From Octopus sinensis (Eukaryota): a DNA stretch of 64,000 bases. The position numbers were made by a program, and so were the translations under genes. Under the pieces are notes generated by a model, which was not told where the DNA came from, did no database searches, and saw nothing but the letters and a program-made list of their open reading frames with translations. Location of the stretch: the NCBI RefSeq assembly GCF_006345805.1, contig NC_043000.1, positions 56,420,001-56,484,000 of the forward strand. The letters run 5' to 3'. Positions 1 through 12,730 of this stretch are shown here, piece after piece. How positions within the stretch are numbered: position 1 is the stretch's first letter; every line of letters starts with the position of its first letter.

Positions 1-479
1 GACCGAATTAATTTATTAAGCCAAACGCAACAATACTGGTTCCTTGTTAAATGATTTATACAAGAGATAAGTAGATTTATTAAAAATATCTGTACACACA
101 CACAAAGCACACACATATATAGGTACATAGGTAAGAGAATATGCTCATGTGTGGGTCTGTGAGTAGCAAGAGGGTTGATATAACAATGGTTTAGATGATA
201 GAGGGCGGATCATTAAATATTAAAGAACATTGCATTACGAAGGAGAAAAAAATATAGCATTCGTGATAATGACTGTTGTGTGTTTTGTCTAGATATGTGC
301 ATATACGTCCATACATACACGAAGGCTTGCATACAACACACACAAACACACAAACCAAAATACACCGTGCCAGTTTCTGTAAATACTTGTAGATGATATT
401 TATGAAAGTTTCAACATCATATGGTCATGTCTTCATAAACGACTTTGTGACTTTGTGCCAATGTGTACATACACAAACA

Positions 480-560
480 TATATATTCATATACACACAC
501 ATACAAACATACATATATGTGTAGTATGCATGTATGTATATATATATATATTATATATAT

Positions 561-651
<91 letters not shown>

Positions 652-809
652 ATGTATACATACATACACATATATGTATAATATATACACACAAACTTAT
701 ACCTATATAATTTTTGAATAAAGGTGCATAAAGTATTTGATTGTATTCATATATAAAATGACATATGTATATATCTATATATGCATAACTGTACTGAGAT
801 ATATATGTA

Positions 810-860
<51 letters not shown>

Positions 861-1006
861 ATATATATATGTAATATATGTATATATATACACACACAAA
901 TATATCATATGTACATATATATCATCTATATACATATATTTATATATATGTATGTATGTATACATATATATATATACACACATATATATATATATATATA
1001 TGTATA

Positions 1007-1037
<31 letters not shown>

Positions 1038-1270
1038 TGCATATATATATATATATACACACACACATACATGCGCACATATACATACATATGAGTGAGT
1101 ATGTGTGTGTGTGTGTGTGTATGTATACATACATACACATATATGTATAATATATACACACAAACTTATACCTATATAATTTTTGAATAAAGGTGCATAA
1201 AGTATTTGATTGTATTCATATATAAAATGACATATGTATATATCTATATATGCATAACTGTACTGAGATA

Positions 1271-1351
<81 letters not shown>

Positions 1352-1805
1352 TATATATATATACACACACAAATATATCATATGTACATATATATCATCT
1401 ATATACATATATTTATATATATGTATGTATGTATACATATATATATATACACACATATATATATATATATATATATGTATATATTATATATACATATATA
1501 CACACACATATGCATATATATATATATACACACACACATACATGCGCACATATACATACATATGAGTGAGTGTGTGTGTGTGTGTGTGTGTGGAAACATG
1601 ACTGTTCCCTATTTACACACACAAGCATACACACATGAGTATATATATATATGTGTGTGTGTGTTTTGTTGGATTCTTTCATTTTTGACATTTTTATCTT
1701 TTTATCACATCAGAAAATATTGCTTCCAGTTTCAAAATCAGACATCTAACCAACATCTGAAAGCAAATAAATGTGATCTCCTACACACAGACATATATAT
1801 ATATA

Positions 1806-1861
<56 letters not shown>

Positions 1862-1900
1862 ATATATATAAAATATTGAATATATATGTACTTATATGTT
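480..1900. repeat. (AT)n/(AC)n compound microsatellite field containing a ~470-bp tandem duplication
   Basis: The block TATGTATACATACATACACATATATGTATAATATATACACACAAACTTATACC...GTACTGAG starts at ~651 and again at ~1120. ATGAGTGAG occurs at 1091 and 1562. Confidence 0.9.
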
Positions 1901-3074
1901 TGTATCTGTGTGTATATATATTATATATACATACGCTTCTGTTTATCTATATATATATATGCACACATACACGCTTGTATGTGTGTGTGTACAATATATG
2001 GGCCTTCAGGAAGTGACAAATATACAAATATATACAGACAGATTTAATCATCGTATATTGATATAAGATGTTAACATTTTACAGAAGAGAGTTTATTTGC
2101 TTGCTCGGTTGCTCAAAATAAAAAAAAAATTCCTATCAAGAAAACCATTACAGCATCTAACTGGCATGTAATCACACAGACAAACCTTGTGGCTAAAAAT
2201 AATGACACTCATTTGTAGTACAAAAAAGTAAGTTGGAACAAGATGTAGTCAGATCACTCACTCAAAATCTACGAACGAGTTCTAAACAAGGCCAAGTATC
2301 TGAATCGGTAAAATTTGTTTCCTTTACTAAACGCACAACGAATTTTATTTGAAGAAACAATAAAGTTTATACCAGCCATTTCCAATCTTTTCTGCAGTAC
2401 AGACTGGTTTCATACAACTATTTTATTCTGCTGGTCTTCACACATCAAACAACTGACCTACAGGACATAATCAAACGTCACAGCAGACCTAGTCCTCTAA
2501 TGTTAATGCTAAGACACATGGAGACAATTACATATATATGCATACACACACACACACACACATACACACAAACACACACACACACACACACACACTATGT
2601 CTTTGCTTTATTGAAATTAGTTCAATCAAAGTCAATTACTTTTATATATAGTACACAATAAAAAATACAAGTGTAGAGTTTCCTATTTTTTATTCAATAG
2701 TACACATTACAATTGTCCAGATTTCTGGTTGCCTTTGGATGCTAGGGGTCAATATGATCATAATATAAACTACATAAATACTTACATAAACACACACACA
2801 CACAAGCGTGTGTGTGTATATGTGTGTGCATGCGTGCATGCGTGCGTGTGTGTGTGTGTCAAACAGGCTTCAGTTTGGTTCCCATCTACTAAATGTCATT
2901 CAGAAAGCATTAGTCAACCCAAAGTTGTAAGTGAAGACTCTTGACTGATGTACCATGCAGTGGGACTGAACTCAAAACTACAAAGTTGCTTAGTAATGCT
3001 GTTACCTACACAACCCATCTCTACACCTGCGTATAAACATTTTCTGTTAAGGCTTCCTCTTTTTAGTAGCAGCT

Positions 3075-3238
3075 GACATTAACCTCAGTGCTCAACTAGT
3101 ATTTATTTTATCGACCTTGAAAGGGTGAAAGCTAAAGTCAACCTTGGCAGAATTTGAACTCAGAACATGAAGACTGACAAAATCCCGCTTAGCATTTTGC
3201 CCAGTATAATAACAATTCTGCCAGCTTGCTGCCTTAAT
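3075..3238 (-). mobile_element. tRNA-derived SINE, family B here (GAGCTGGCAGAA head; GTCGACTTTGCCTTTCATCCTTTCGGGGTCGATAAA core), diverged copy
   Basis: Reverse complement matches the younger copies at 61124-61357 and 58211-58442. Confidence 0.7.
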
Positions 3239-4244
3239 AAATGTATGTATACATATATCAACATGAATAGTGTTTGTTTGAAAGATGCCTGTTTCTAACA
3301 GATATTTTGAAACTGAAGGCATGTTAAGATATAGATCTGCCTGATCAGTGCTGATTTACAGCTAAACAACAACTACAATCTGAAAAATTTACTAAGAACT
3401 CTCCATTCTAAAAACAGAATACACAGCATCCCATCTCTCTAATATTTGAAGGTGTATGTCAGGGTAACTAAATTTGTAGTCACAGCTGACAATTCAGTTC
3501 TTCTAGTGACTATATAAGGGCGGTGAATTAGTAAAGTAATACTAACAGACTCTACTTCAGAACAGAATCATTGAGTAAGAAGCTTAAGGTCAGTGAAAAT
3601 TCATTTTTGATCTCACACAGCATTGCTCAGACATTGGCATAAAAAAGGTTTGGTAAGGGATGGAATTAAGGAAGATGTCAAATGAATTAATTCAACAGCA
3701 ATACTTGGCTGATACTCTATCTTATGACATTAACCCATTCATGCCGACTGTCTGTTTAAACTGACACTTAATTTATAAGGGTATAAAACAAATACTTCAT
3801 TCAGTTTGTAATTTTTGTATGATCTGTATCAAAGAATGAAACATGTGCTTAACACGAATGCAGTCTGTTTGAACAAATGCTTGCATCATAACTTGTAACA
3901 ACCACAGCTGTGCAACATGGTGAGAACAAGCAGGACGCACAGTAAATGGTAAGCCAATTATTTCCAATTATTACATTCTGTAGGCATTATTGTGGTTTCT
4001 TATATGTTTTTTTATGATCATAGATGAGATGACAAATATTATTTGTCTGAGATTTATGCCGTAAATAAAATAACTTATAACACCCTGTCTGTTATAATAG
4101 ATATCAGGCAACTTAGACATAAAACAACACACCTAATATTTCATGCATGTTGATATAGCTTCATGATATAAATAGCTAAAATAATATATATGAAATAAAT
4201 TTTGTGTCCACACATCCCTATATCATTGTAATTTTTTCTTTCGG

Positions 4245-5927
4245 TCTTACAACAGCAGAAGCCCTAGCATTATTGGAAGAGCTGAGCAACAGAGGCGATG
4301 TTCACATGGGTCTTCCTCACAATATATATTTCTTTACTACCCACAAGGGGCTAAACATAGAGGGGACAAACAAATGGATTAAGTCGATTACATCGACCCC
4401 AGTGCGAAACTGGTACTTTATTTATCGACCCCGAAAGAATGAAAGGCAAAGTTGACCTTGGCGGAATTTTAACTCAGAATATAGAACTTTCCAATGGCGA
4501 TAGTGATGCTTCAGATGATGAGGCTCTAGTTTCCTCAGTTTGACTGAAAAGAGGGCTTTTGGAAACTGGTGCACAAATTTCTTGTCAACAGGATAAACCT
4601 AAAGACATTGAGGAAGTTGCAGGACATTTAAAACAAATTAAATTCAGTAAAACAAGAAACTGGAAGAAAAACAAAGCGGTGAATCATGTTTGAACTTCAT
4701 GTGAGCCTGTAGATACATCTGAGGAAGCAAAATCTTGCTCAAATCCAGTAGATTTCTTTAGTTTGCTCTTCACAGATGAATTACTGGATGACATTGTAGA
4801 ACAAACAAACTGAAATGCTGTTCAAAAAGGTAAAGTTCTGAGTGTATGCAAATCGTAGCTGTATGTATTCTTTGGTGGACTGCATTCAAACTCAGACTTC
4901 TACTTGACCACTTACAAAAAAAAAATTCAAGGAACATGGTGGCTTAAGAGAACATCTCTCTGTTGATGAAAGTATGATTCCATATTATGGCAAGTACCAT
5001 ACCAAACAATTTATAAAAGGGAAACTAATTTGGTTTGGTTTCAAAGTTCGGGTCCTTTGTTCTCAGCATGGATATATGCATGCTTTTGACTTCTATACTA
5101 GAAGAAAGACAGTCCTAACTAAACCGAAAATGCATTTGGCCTTGGTGGGAACATTGCCTTGATCTCATTGATGCTGTAGGAGTACCAGACAATAAAGGTT
5201 TCAAACTATTTTTTGATAACTATTTCACACGTATTCAATTGATGCCGAAACTTTTTGAGAAAGAAATATGTGCATCAGGAACCTGCAGAGAAAATAGGAC
5301 AGCTAGATATCCTTTCAAAACGAAAACTGAAATGAATGCATGCCCCAGAGGAACAGCTGAGTTCAAGTCTACTTCAAATATAGTCGCTGTGAAATGGAAA
5401 GATAATGATGTTGTTCTGCTATCAAACTTTGAAACCTATAAAATGTCCATTGTTAAATGCTATGATAGGCCTCAAAAGAAATATGTTCTAATTCCACAGC
5501 CTGAAAGCATCCAAAATTACAACAAATATATGGGATTTGTTGACCTTCTGGATCATAACATCGCTTCCTATAGGATTCAAATGCTGCAAAATAAACGGTG
5601 GTGGCCTATTTTATCATATTTTGTATCTGTAGCAATCCAAAACACATGCATCTTGATGAATAGAGCAAAGTACAAAATTACATTATACAATTTATCGAAA
5701 ACATTTCTCTAACTCTATTCAAAATGTATGGCACTCCAAAGTTTCAAAGAAAATGCACATCTGCTCATTTGAAAGACAATGCAGGATATGATGGTGTTGA
5801 GCATTGGATTGAATATATTCCAAATCAAAGGAGATGCAAAGAGTGCTCTGGGAAAAGTCATTTCATACGTGAAAAATGTTATGTAGGAGTTCTTCGCAAA
5901 TGGTTCAAGAAGTACCATGTTCAGTAA
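4245..5927 (+). pseudogene. piggyBac (DDE_Tnp_1_7/PGBD2-3-like) transposase pseudogene with stops, frameshifts and an internal deletion
   Basis: Motifs LTTAEALALLEE, NGDSDASDDE, PVDFFSLLFTDELLDDIVEQTN, VDESMIPYYGK..KQFIKGK..FGFK, FFDNYFT, GTCRENR, KWKDN, YNKYMGFVDLLD and a C-terminal RRCKEC cysteine-rich domain. Confidence 0.88.
4327..4480 (-). mobile_element. SINE family B, 5'-truncated, inserted into the piggyBac transposase N-terminus
   Basis: TATTTCTTTACTACCCACAAGGGGCTAAAC...GAAAGGCAAAGTTGACCTTGGCGGAATTTTAACTCAGAAT interrupts GLPH|ELSNGDSD. Confidence 0.85.
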
Positions 5928-8900
5928 AGCTATATAGTTTCATTTCAAAAGGATATATTTTACTAAATAAATTTTCAGTTTTCATTGATATCTTATTTTT
6001 GTGAACAGGAATTAATATGATAGAGTTATGGTCAGATACGATACTTTTATTAGCCTCTAAATAAGTAAATTGCACAGTTAACAAGCTTATTAAATATTCA
6101 TATGCACAGTGCCTAATGTCTGTTGTAACTGACAGTGATTAATTCAGGAAATATCATACAGATTTCAATGAAATTTTTTTTCTCTTGTTATTTAGGTCAA
6201 AATAATATTATCTGTGAATTTTCAGGCAATTTCATCCTCTAGAAAAATTTCGGTACGAATGGATTAATCCCAGAGAGATGAAAAGCTAAGTCTATGGATT
6301 TAAACATAGCGCTAAATATATATGTTCCAGTACCTTAATACAGGTGCCCCAGTATGGTCACAGCCAAGAGTCCAGAGTGAATAAAAGAATAAAGGAATAT
6401 ATGATATTTCATTGCCCAAATATTTTTAGTAAGGTCTGTAAGATTTGGTGAGAGTAAATTATCCTGTAACTGGATAGCTGGTCCATGTACTCGCAACAGA
6501 TTGAATTCCATTAAAAGCACCCAAGAACCAGGTGGCTGTGTTAAACTGAACAAAAGATTGCATCTATCACCCAACATGAATTATGATATACGGCAATGGA
6601 ATGAATACTATATTTTATATACAAATTGAGCAACAGCTTACAAGCTGGAATCTAGCCTTTCTAGACATAGCTGTATTATAAAAACATTAATATATTGGAT
6701 AAAGATATCTCTGAGAAATGCCAGAACAAATACTGCAAGGCATTTTGTACAATCTATAACTATTCTACCAGTTTGTTGCCTGACAAACTTTGTATCACTT
6801 GTTGATGTGTGATTATCTCACTTTTATTTACGCATAACAAATATTTATGATGGCAGTTTTATATCACTGGAGAGAGATATCCTCCTGAATGACAGAAATA
6901 CTCTGTACTAACAAGAGAAAAGAAATAGATTATCACAAAATGTGTTATAAACAAAACTAAAAATAAAGGCTTTTAAAACACAAAGCTGTATTACTAAATA
7001 TCAATAATACAGAATCTGTGTTTTTTTCTTTCTACCACAGATATTTTGCAACATATTTTAGATTATTAAAAAGCTTTTCTAATTCTTTCGTTTATAACAT
7101 ATCTTGTCTAACGTTCTTGTCATCATTTTCGTCAATGAGGAAATGAGATGAGATGTAGTGAGTGTACATCAAATCTTGTGCAGATTCTTCATACAATTCT
7201 TCATTAGAGTCAGTGGCTACTTCCCAAAATTTGTCATGAAATTCAATTCATACCACAGTGAAACTGTCATCAACATGTAAGGTCTTCTTAGTTCTGCACC
7301 AATCAGTGCTTAGTCGTTGTAAAAATGACCAGAATGTTTCCAAGTGTCACTTTAAATACTTGTGACATGTAAAGAAAAGGTAGAATAAGTCACACATCAA
7401 CAATTTTGTAGGATTGAATTAACAGAATCAATAGAACATTGCACAAAATGCCTTGCCATATTTGTTCCAGCAGATTTTTATGTTCCAAGTTCCAATCTTG
7501 AAAAGGTGATTTCTATATTACCTGCCTCTAGAGGGTTGATAAAATATAATACTGGTCCAGGACAGCAGACTGACACAATTGTTAGAGTATAAGAGAAAGA
7601 TTTTACACACTATTTATTTTAGCCCTTTATATTTCCAGTGTCCAAGCAGGTATGGCAAATTTGTCCCAACTAACAATATGATGCATTGTAAAAAAAAGAG
7701 AGAGAGAGAAAGAAAAAAGAAAACCTAAAGTGAGGCAATAAGAAAATAATCTTTACATTTTCCCATGAAAATTCCATCCACCATAAAGTCCAATCTTTGT
7801 TGTAGTGTGGTGTCTTGTGTGCTTCACTGGCTCTAAGAGTCATACCAGTAAGAGTGCAAGTTCCTAGTGGAGTTTTCCATGATGGAAAGGCCAGGATAAT
7901 ATGGACCATCTCTTCCCAGTGGTAAAAATGGGTTGGCATAGGGCCAACACTCCTACCTAGCAAACAAGCAAAATTACAGAAGAATCAATGACAATTCAAA
8001 AACCAACAAGACCCAGGACAGGAAAGAATTCTCTCAGGAAATCTGAAAAGACAGCCAAGAGTTGAGAACAGATGACAAAAGTCAATGATTGATTATGCCC
8101 TACGGGGAGCAAAGGACTTACTTAACTTTGCTTTTGTATCTGGTTTGCTTCTATAACAGACTAAGTCATTGAGAAGATTGCAAGAAGCACTGAAAGCGAT
8201 TTGACAAAAACAAAACAATTGGATATTTAATGAGTGGAAGTAAACCAGTGTGTGTGTGTGTTAATTATATTGGTATGATGACCCTCTCTAGACAGAACAA
8301 AAAAGGGGCCTATGTAAGTTAAGTAAGTAATGAAAATTCCATGACAAACACACAGTAATTGTTAAAGTTGTCACTAAGGATCATTCACCTGTCTGACGCA
8401 GAAAAAGAAGAGCCTAGTTTGTGTGTAACACATAACTCATGTAACCAGTATTTTTCAAAACTTCTGTAACACGTTTACCTTTATCTAAAGTAAGATGCTT
8501 TTAGAAGAATTCATAAGATTGCCAAAATGAATTTACAAAACACACCATTCATTTAGAATTCCTCTACAGACTTCAAAACAAAGAACATGGGTAGAACTTG
8601 TCAATTAAAACTTTTTTTTTATCAAATGCAAGTGACACAAAAGAACCAACACATTTCTCCAGGATAGAAAACACAAAAAAAACATAGTTTGTGTTAAATT
8701 TGGCTAATTGCCTCATATATACAAACATAAATAAACTCAAAAAAATAAAAAACAAAGATGTATAAAGATGTATATATTTATAGAAAACACAAAAATTTAC
8801 AAATAATTTGTAGAGCATGTAGCTTTTACATCTCGAATGTGTTTTATTGTTAGCCCCAAATTAGATGCGACGTGATTCATGGGTTTGGGGGATGTGATTT

Positions 8901-9066
8901 TTTGTCTTCTGTTTTTCCTGCTTGTTTACTTGCTTAGCTCAAGGTTAGACGTGATTGAGCAGAACTTGATCAAAGGTATTGTAGCAATGATCACCAATTT
9001 TTTTTCTATTTCTCTTCTTTCTAAGGTATGTTGTATCTAATTACATTATCCAATGCATATGTTTAA

Positions 9067-9285
9067 CCCTTTAGCTTTCAAACTGGCCATATCCGGCCAA
9101 AATATTCAACCTGTTTTATGTTCAAACTGGCTAGATCTGGCTTGTGCCATCTATTCATAATGTCATTCTAAAAATAAACAATCACATCATCAAAACCACA
9201 AAGCTACAAGATAATGCACGATTAATTCAAAACAATATGAATAAATAAGCATTACATTTGACAGAATATTTTGAATGCTAAACGG
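9067..9285 (+). mobile_element. ~220-bp piggyBac-type MITE (TTAA TSD, CCCTTTAGC TIR), intact copy
   Basis: TTAA|CCCTTTAGC...GCTAAACGG|TTAA. Homologous copies at 16.0, 20.7 and 50.3 kb. Confidence 0.85.
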
Positions 9286-10193
9286 TTAACTTGTAAGATG
9301 TCATTTGACAGAGATTTGGCAGCATTTTTTTTTATATAGCAGAAAGTATAGCATAGCAGCTCTCTCACTGGCATGTGCCATTTAGGATTAATTCTATTCT
9401 ATTCATACACTAATGAAATACCCTGTTTATGCATGTTTCAATTAATTTCAAAAAATCATTTCAAAAGTTCGGAATTTCTTAAGTTGAGATCTGTAACATG
9501 GTAAATGGATATTTGTAATATGGTAAGAACATTGGATAGAATGTCTTCTGGTATTCTTTATGGTTCTTGGCATTCGAAACCCAGATCCTACAGAAGCCAA
9601 CTTTGCCTTTTATCCTGTCAGAGTTTGCCTGTGTGGTTAAGAAGCTTGCTTTGCAACCATGCTGTTTTGCTCTCGGTCCGTAGTTTCCATCAACCAAATT
9701 CACTCACAAGGCATTGGTCAGTCCAGGATTATAGAAGATACTTGCTCAAGGGGCCATGCAATGGGACTGAACCCAAAACTCCATGGCTGCAAGGCAAATT
9801 TTAAATGCCTTAAATCCACTAAGGTCAAATTTGTCTTTTGACCTTTGAACTTTCATGAATACAGAACCAGTCTAGTACTGGGGTCAATTCCTTTTCTGTC
9901 TGCATTTCGCAATTCGTTGTGGTCAGAACTAGGAAGGATTTGAGCTTTAGCAGATCTAGATACTTCAGACATGCTGTATAGCATGATGGAGACTCTATGT
10001 CTCTAACAGGAGCTGATGAATGAAGAAAGGAAGATAGAGTTCAGCAGAGAATGGAAAGAAGATCTTGAACGTGTTTGTGACCCACTAATTTTGATAATAA
10101 TTCAGTAATACAATCCATGAATATAGTAAGTAGTTTGGTTGGATGGTTACTTGGTTATCAGTTGGTTGATAGGCAAGTGGGTAAGTAGATAAA

Positions 10194-10227
<34 letters not shown>

Positions 10228-10297
10228 AGCATATGTGTGTGTCAGAGAGAGAAAGAGAAAGAAATAGATATGGACTAACAACATAGACATACAAACA

Positions 10298-10337
<40 letters not shown>

Positions 10338-10340
<3 letters not shown>

Positions 10341-10714
10341 TAGCAGTATCGCCCGGCGTTGCTCAGGTTTGTAAGGGAAATAACTATAAAGCATTTTTAG
10401 AGAGTTATAGCCAAAAAATAGCCAAAAAATGGGAAAAAAATGATGGTAAATTTTTTTGAGAGTAAAAAAAGTTGGAGTTGCGTCCCCTAGACAGTTTGCG
10501 GTTTGTGTTTCTGATTCTCGACCCCATGTCGAATTTATCGATTTTTTTCAGAACTGGGGGAACTTTTCAAAATTTTCGCTGCGTTAGTTTTGAATTATGA
10601 CATTGGGCTATGTGTGTGTCAAGTTTCATCAGAATCAGTTGAAAGCCATGGTCAGGGTGAGGGTACAAGCAAACAGACACACAGAAACACGCACAGACAA
10701 ACTGCCGTTTATAT

Positions 10715-10718
<4 letters not shown>
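10338..10718 (+). mobile_element. Non-autonomous Helitron/Helentron-type element (Lep1/DINE-1/HINE-like architecture)
   Basis: 5' TACTAGCAGTATCGCCCGGCGTTGCTCAGG imperfect hairpin, AAGTTTCATCAGAATC block, (AC/ACAG) microsatellite, 3' AAACTGCCGTTTATATAGAT, flanked by (AT)n. Classification is by architecture only. Confidence 0.55.
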
Positions 10719-10784
<66 letters not shown>

Positions 10785-10807
10785 TATATATATAACACAC
10801 AAACACA

Positions 10808-10861
<54 letters not shown>

Positions 10862-11653
10862 GCACACTCAAACAATAGACACTCACATAGTTTCCTTCTA
10901 CTGAATTCAACTCAATTCAAGTCTATGGTTGAAGACACCCAATGTCCCCGCCCATGGTTCCAAAGTGAACTTCTTTACCATACAGCCATGTCTGTACTTC
11001 AACAAAGGAAGTTTCTTTCTTGCAGATGCTTATTTACAAGGTTATTGAATTCTTGAGAGAAGAAGAAGAAAATTGAAACATACATAGAATTTCAAAAATC
11101 TCCAAAACTTTTGTCTAGTCTTTCAAGGAGCTTGTCACTCACTAACTGGCTTCATTGTATTCAAGAAAATAAGAATAAATTTTGCAAATAGCCTATGTAT
11201 ACACACACAGCATATACACATATATGGGTGTAAGTTTGAGTGTGCATATATATATATATATATATATGCACACATACACACATGCATACATTTATTCATA
11301 CATGCTATGCATATCTTTTTTTATTAAATATATTTTTAATTTTTATGACATACACTCATATATGTGTATGTATATATATACATATATATGTATGTATGTA
11401 TATGTATATGTGCATATATATATATACATATGTTATATATACACACACATGCACATAAATATAGATATTTATATATGTGTATGTACATATATTCAAAAAA
11501 TACATTGTGACACATATACATACATATCTATATATATACTGTATACATACATATACACAAACACACATGTCCATGTACATATACATATATATATACACAC
11601 ACACATATATACACACATACATACATACATACATACATACATACATACATACA

Positions 11654-11684
<31 letters not shown>

Positions 11685-12234
11685 GCACACATAATTGTAC
11701 ATTACTTGAAGAATATTTGAAAGACAGCGAATTTTTGACTTTTATTTATTTCTATATAGTTGCATGGTTACTTATAATACACGAAACAAACTTTTCAAAA
11801 GTAATAGGTCATTTTTCTATAGAATATAATTTTCTAAGTTATACATTTGACCTATAAAAGTTAAAGGTCAAACAATGGTTTTAAACTATACAGAGGACTT
11901 TGTAGAATGCTACAATTATTATTTTTTCATTTTTAAAAAATTTTGTGTGAGTATTTGTCCTTTTATAGGTTGTGGGTGGTGAGCAAGGTATTGAGATAAG
12001 AATTATACATATTCCAAATTTGGAAAAATACAATACAGATCATAATTATTTAGGTATTAATAGCAGAACCACAGGATGATGCTAATTTAATATATTAAAG
12101 TGGGAGACATATTCAAATGCTATTTTCGGAGCAGATGGTCACTCTATGCTAAATCTAATCTTTAGTAATTTCTAAATTGTAAGGATTCATCTCTAGTTGG
12201 CACCTACCACTAGTTTTCAATTAAAGTAAGAAAA

Positions 12235-12730
12235 TAGGTGCAGGCATAGCTATATGGTTAAGTAGCTTGCTTTGCAACCATGTGGTTTTGGGTTCAGACC
12301 CATTGCACATCACCTTGGGTAAGTATGTTCAACTACAGCCTCAGGTGAACCAATGCTTATGAGTGAATTTGATAGATGGAAACTGTGGAAGCATGTCTCA
12401 GTGGTTAGAGCATTGGGCTCACAATTATGAGGTAGTGATTTCAATTCCCAGACAGGCTGTGTGCTGTGTTCTTGAGCAAGACACTTCATCTCATGTTGCT
12501 CCTGTTCACTCAGCTGTAGAAATGAGTTGTGATGTCACTGGTGCTAAGCTGTATTGGACTTTGCTTTTCCCTTAGATAACATCAGTGGTATGGGAAGGAG
12601 AGACTGGTATGTATGAACAACTACTGGTCTTCTATAAACAACCTTGTCCAGACTTATGCCTCAGAGGGGAACCTTCTTGATGCAATCCCATGGTCATTCA
12701 TGACCAAATGGGGTCTTTACCTTTTTTATA
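12235..12730 (+). mobile_element. Adjacent diverged tRNA-SINE heads/bodies (family A head followed by a family C-like copy)
   Basis: GGTGCAGGCATAGCTATATGGTTAAGTAGCTTGC...GGGTTCAG, then CTCAGTGGTTAGAGCATTGGGCTC...TTCAATTCCCAGAC, with A/B-box-like motifs. Confidence 0.6.

Larger units (their letters stand above)
3734..6263 (+). mobile_element. piggyBac DNA transposon, full-length but decayed
   Basis: TTAA at 3730-3733 and 6264-6267. Left TIR CCCATTCATGCCGA against right TCGGTACGAATGGA (11/14, transition mismatches only). Internal PGBD-type transposase remnants. Confidence 0.9.

Noticed and set aside
417-1879. Many 60-180 aa ORFs rich in Y/I/H/T/C/V/M, here and at 10.6-11.9, 15.1-15.6, 25.1, 37.0, 44.4, 48.7-49.4 and 54.0 kb
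   Set aside because: These are translations of (AT)n, (AC)n and (CATA)n microsatellites, which lack stops in several frames.
3915-4250. Possible 5' intron in the piggyBac (AAATG|GTAAGC donor upstream of the LTTAEAL frame)
   Set aside because: No AG acceptor gives a compatible phase with the downstream frame.
6430-6640. Open frames on both strands (VRSVRFGESKLSCNWIAGPC...; FNTATWFLGAFNGIQ...)
   Set aside because: No recognisable homology and no convincing donor/acceptor pair, so they cannot be separated from chance.
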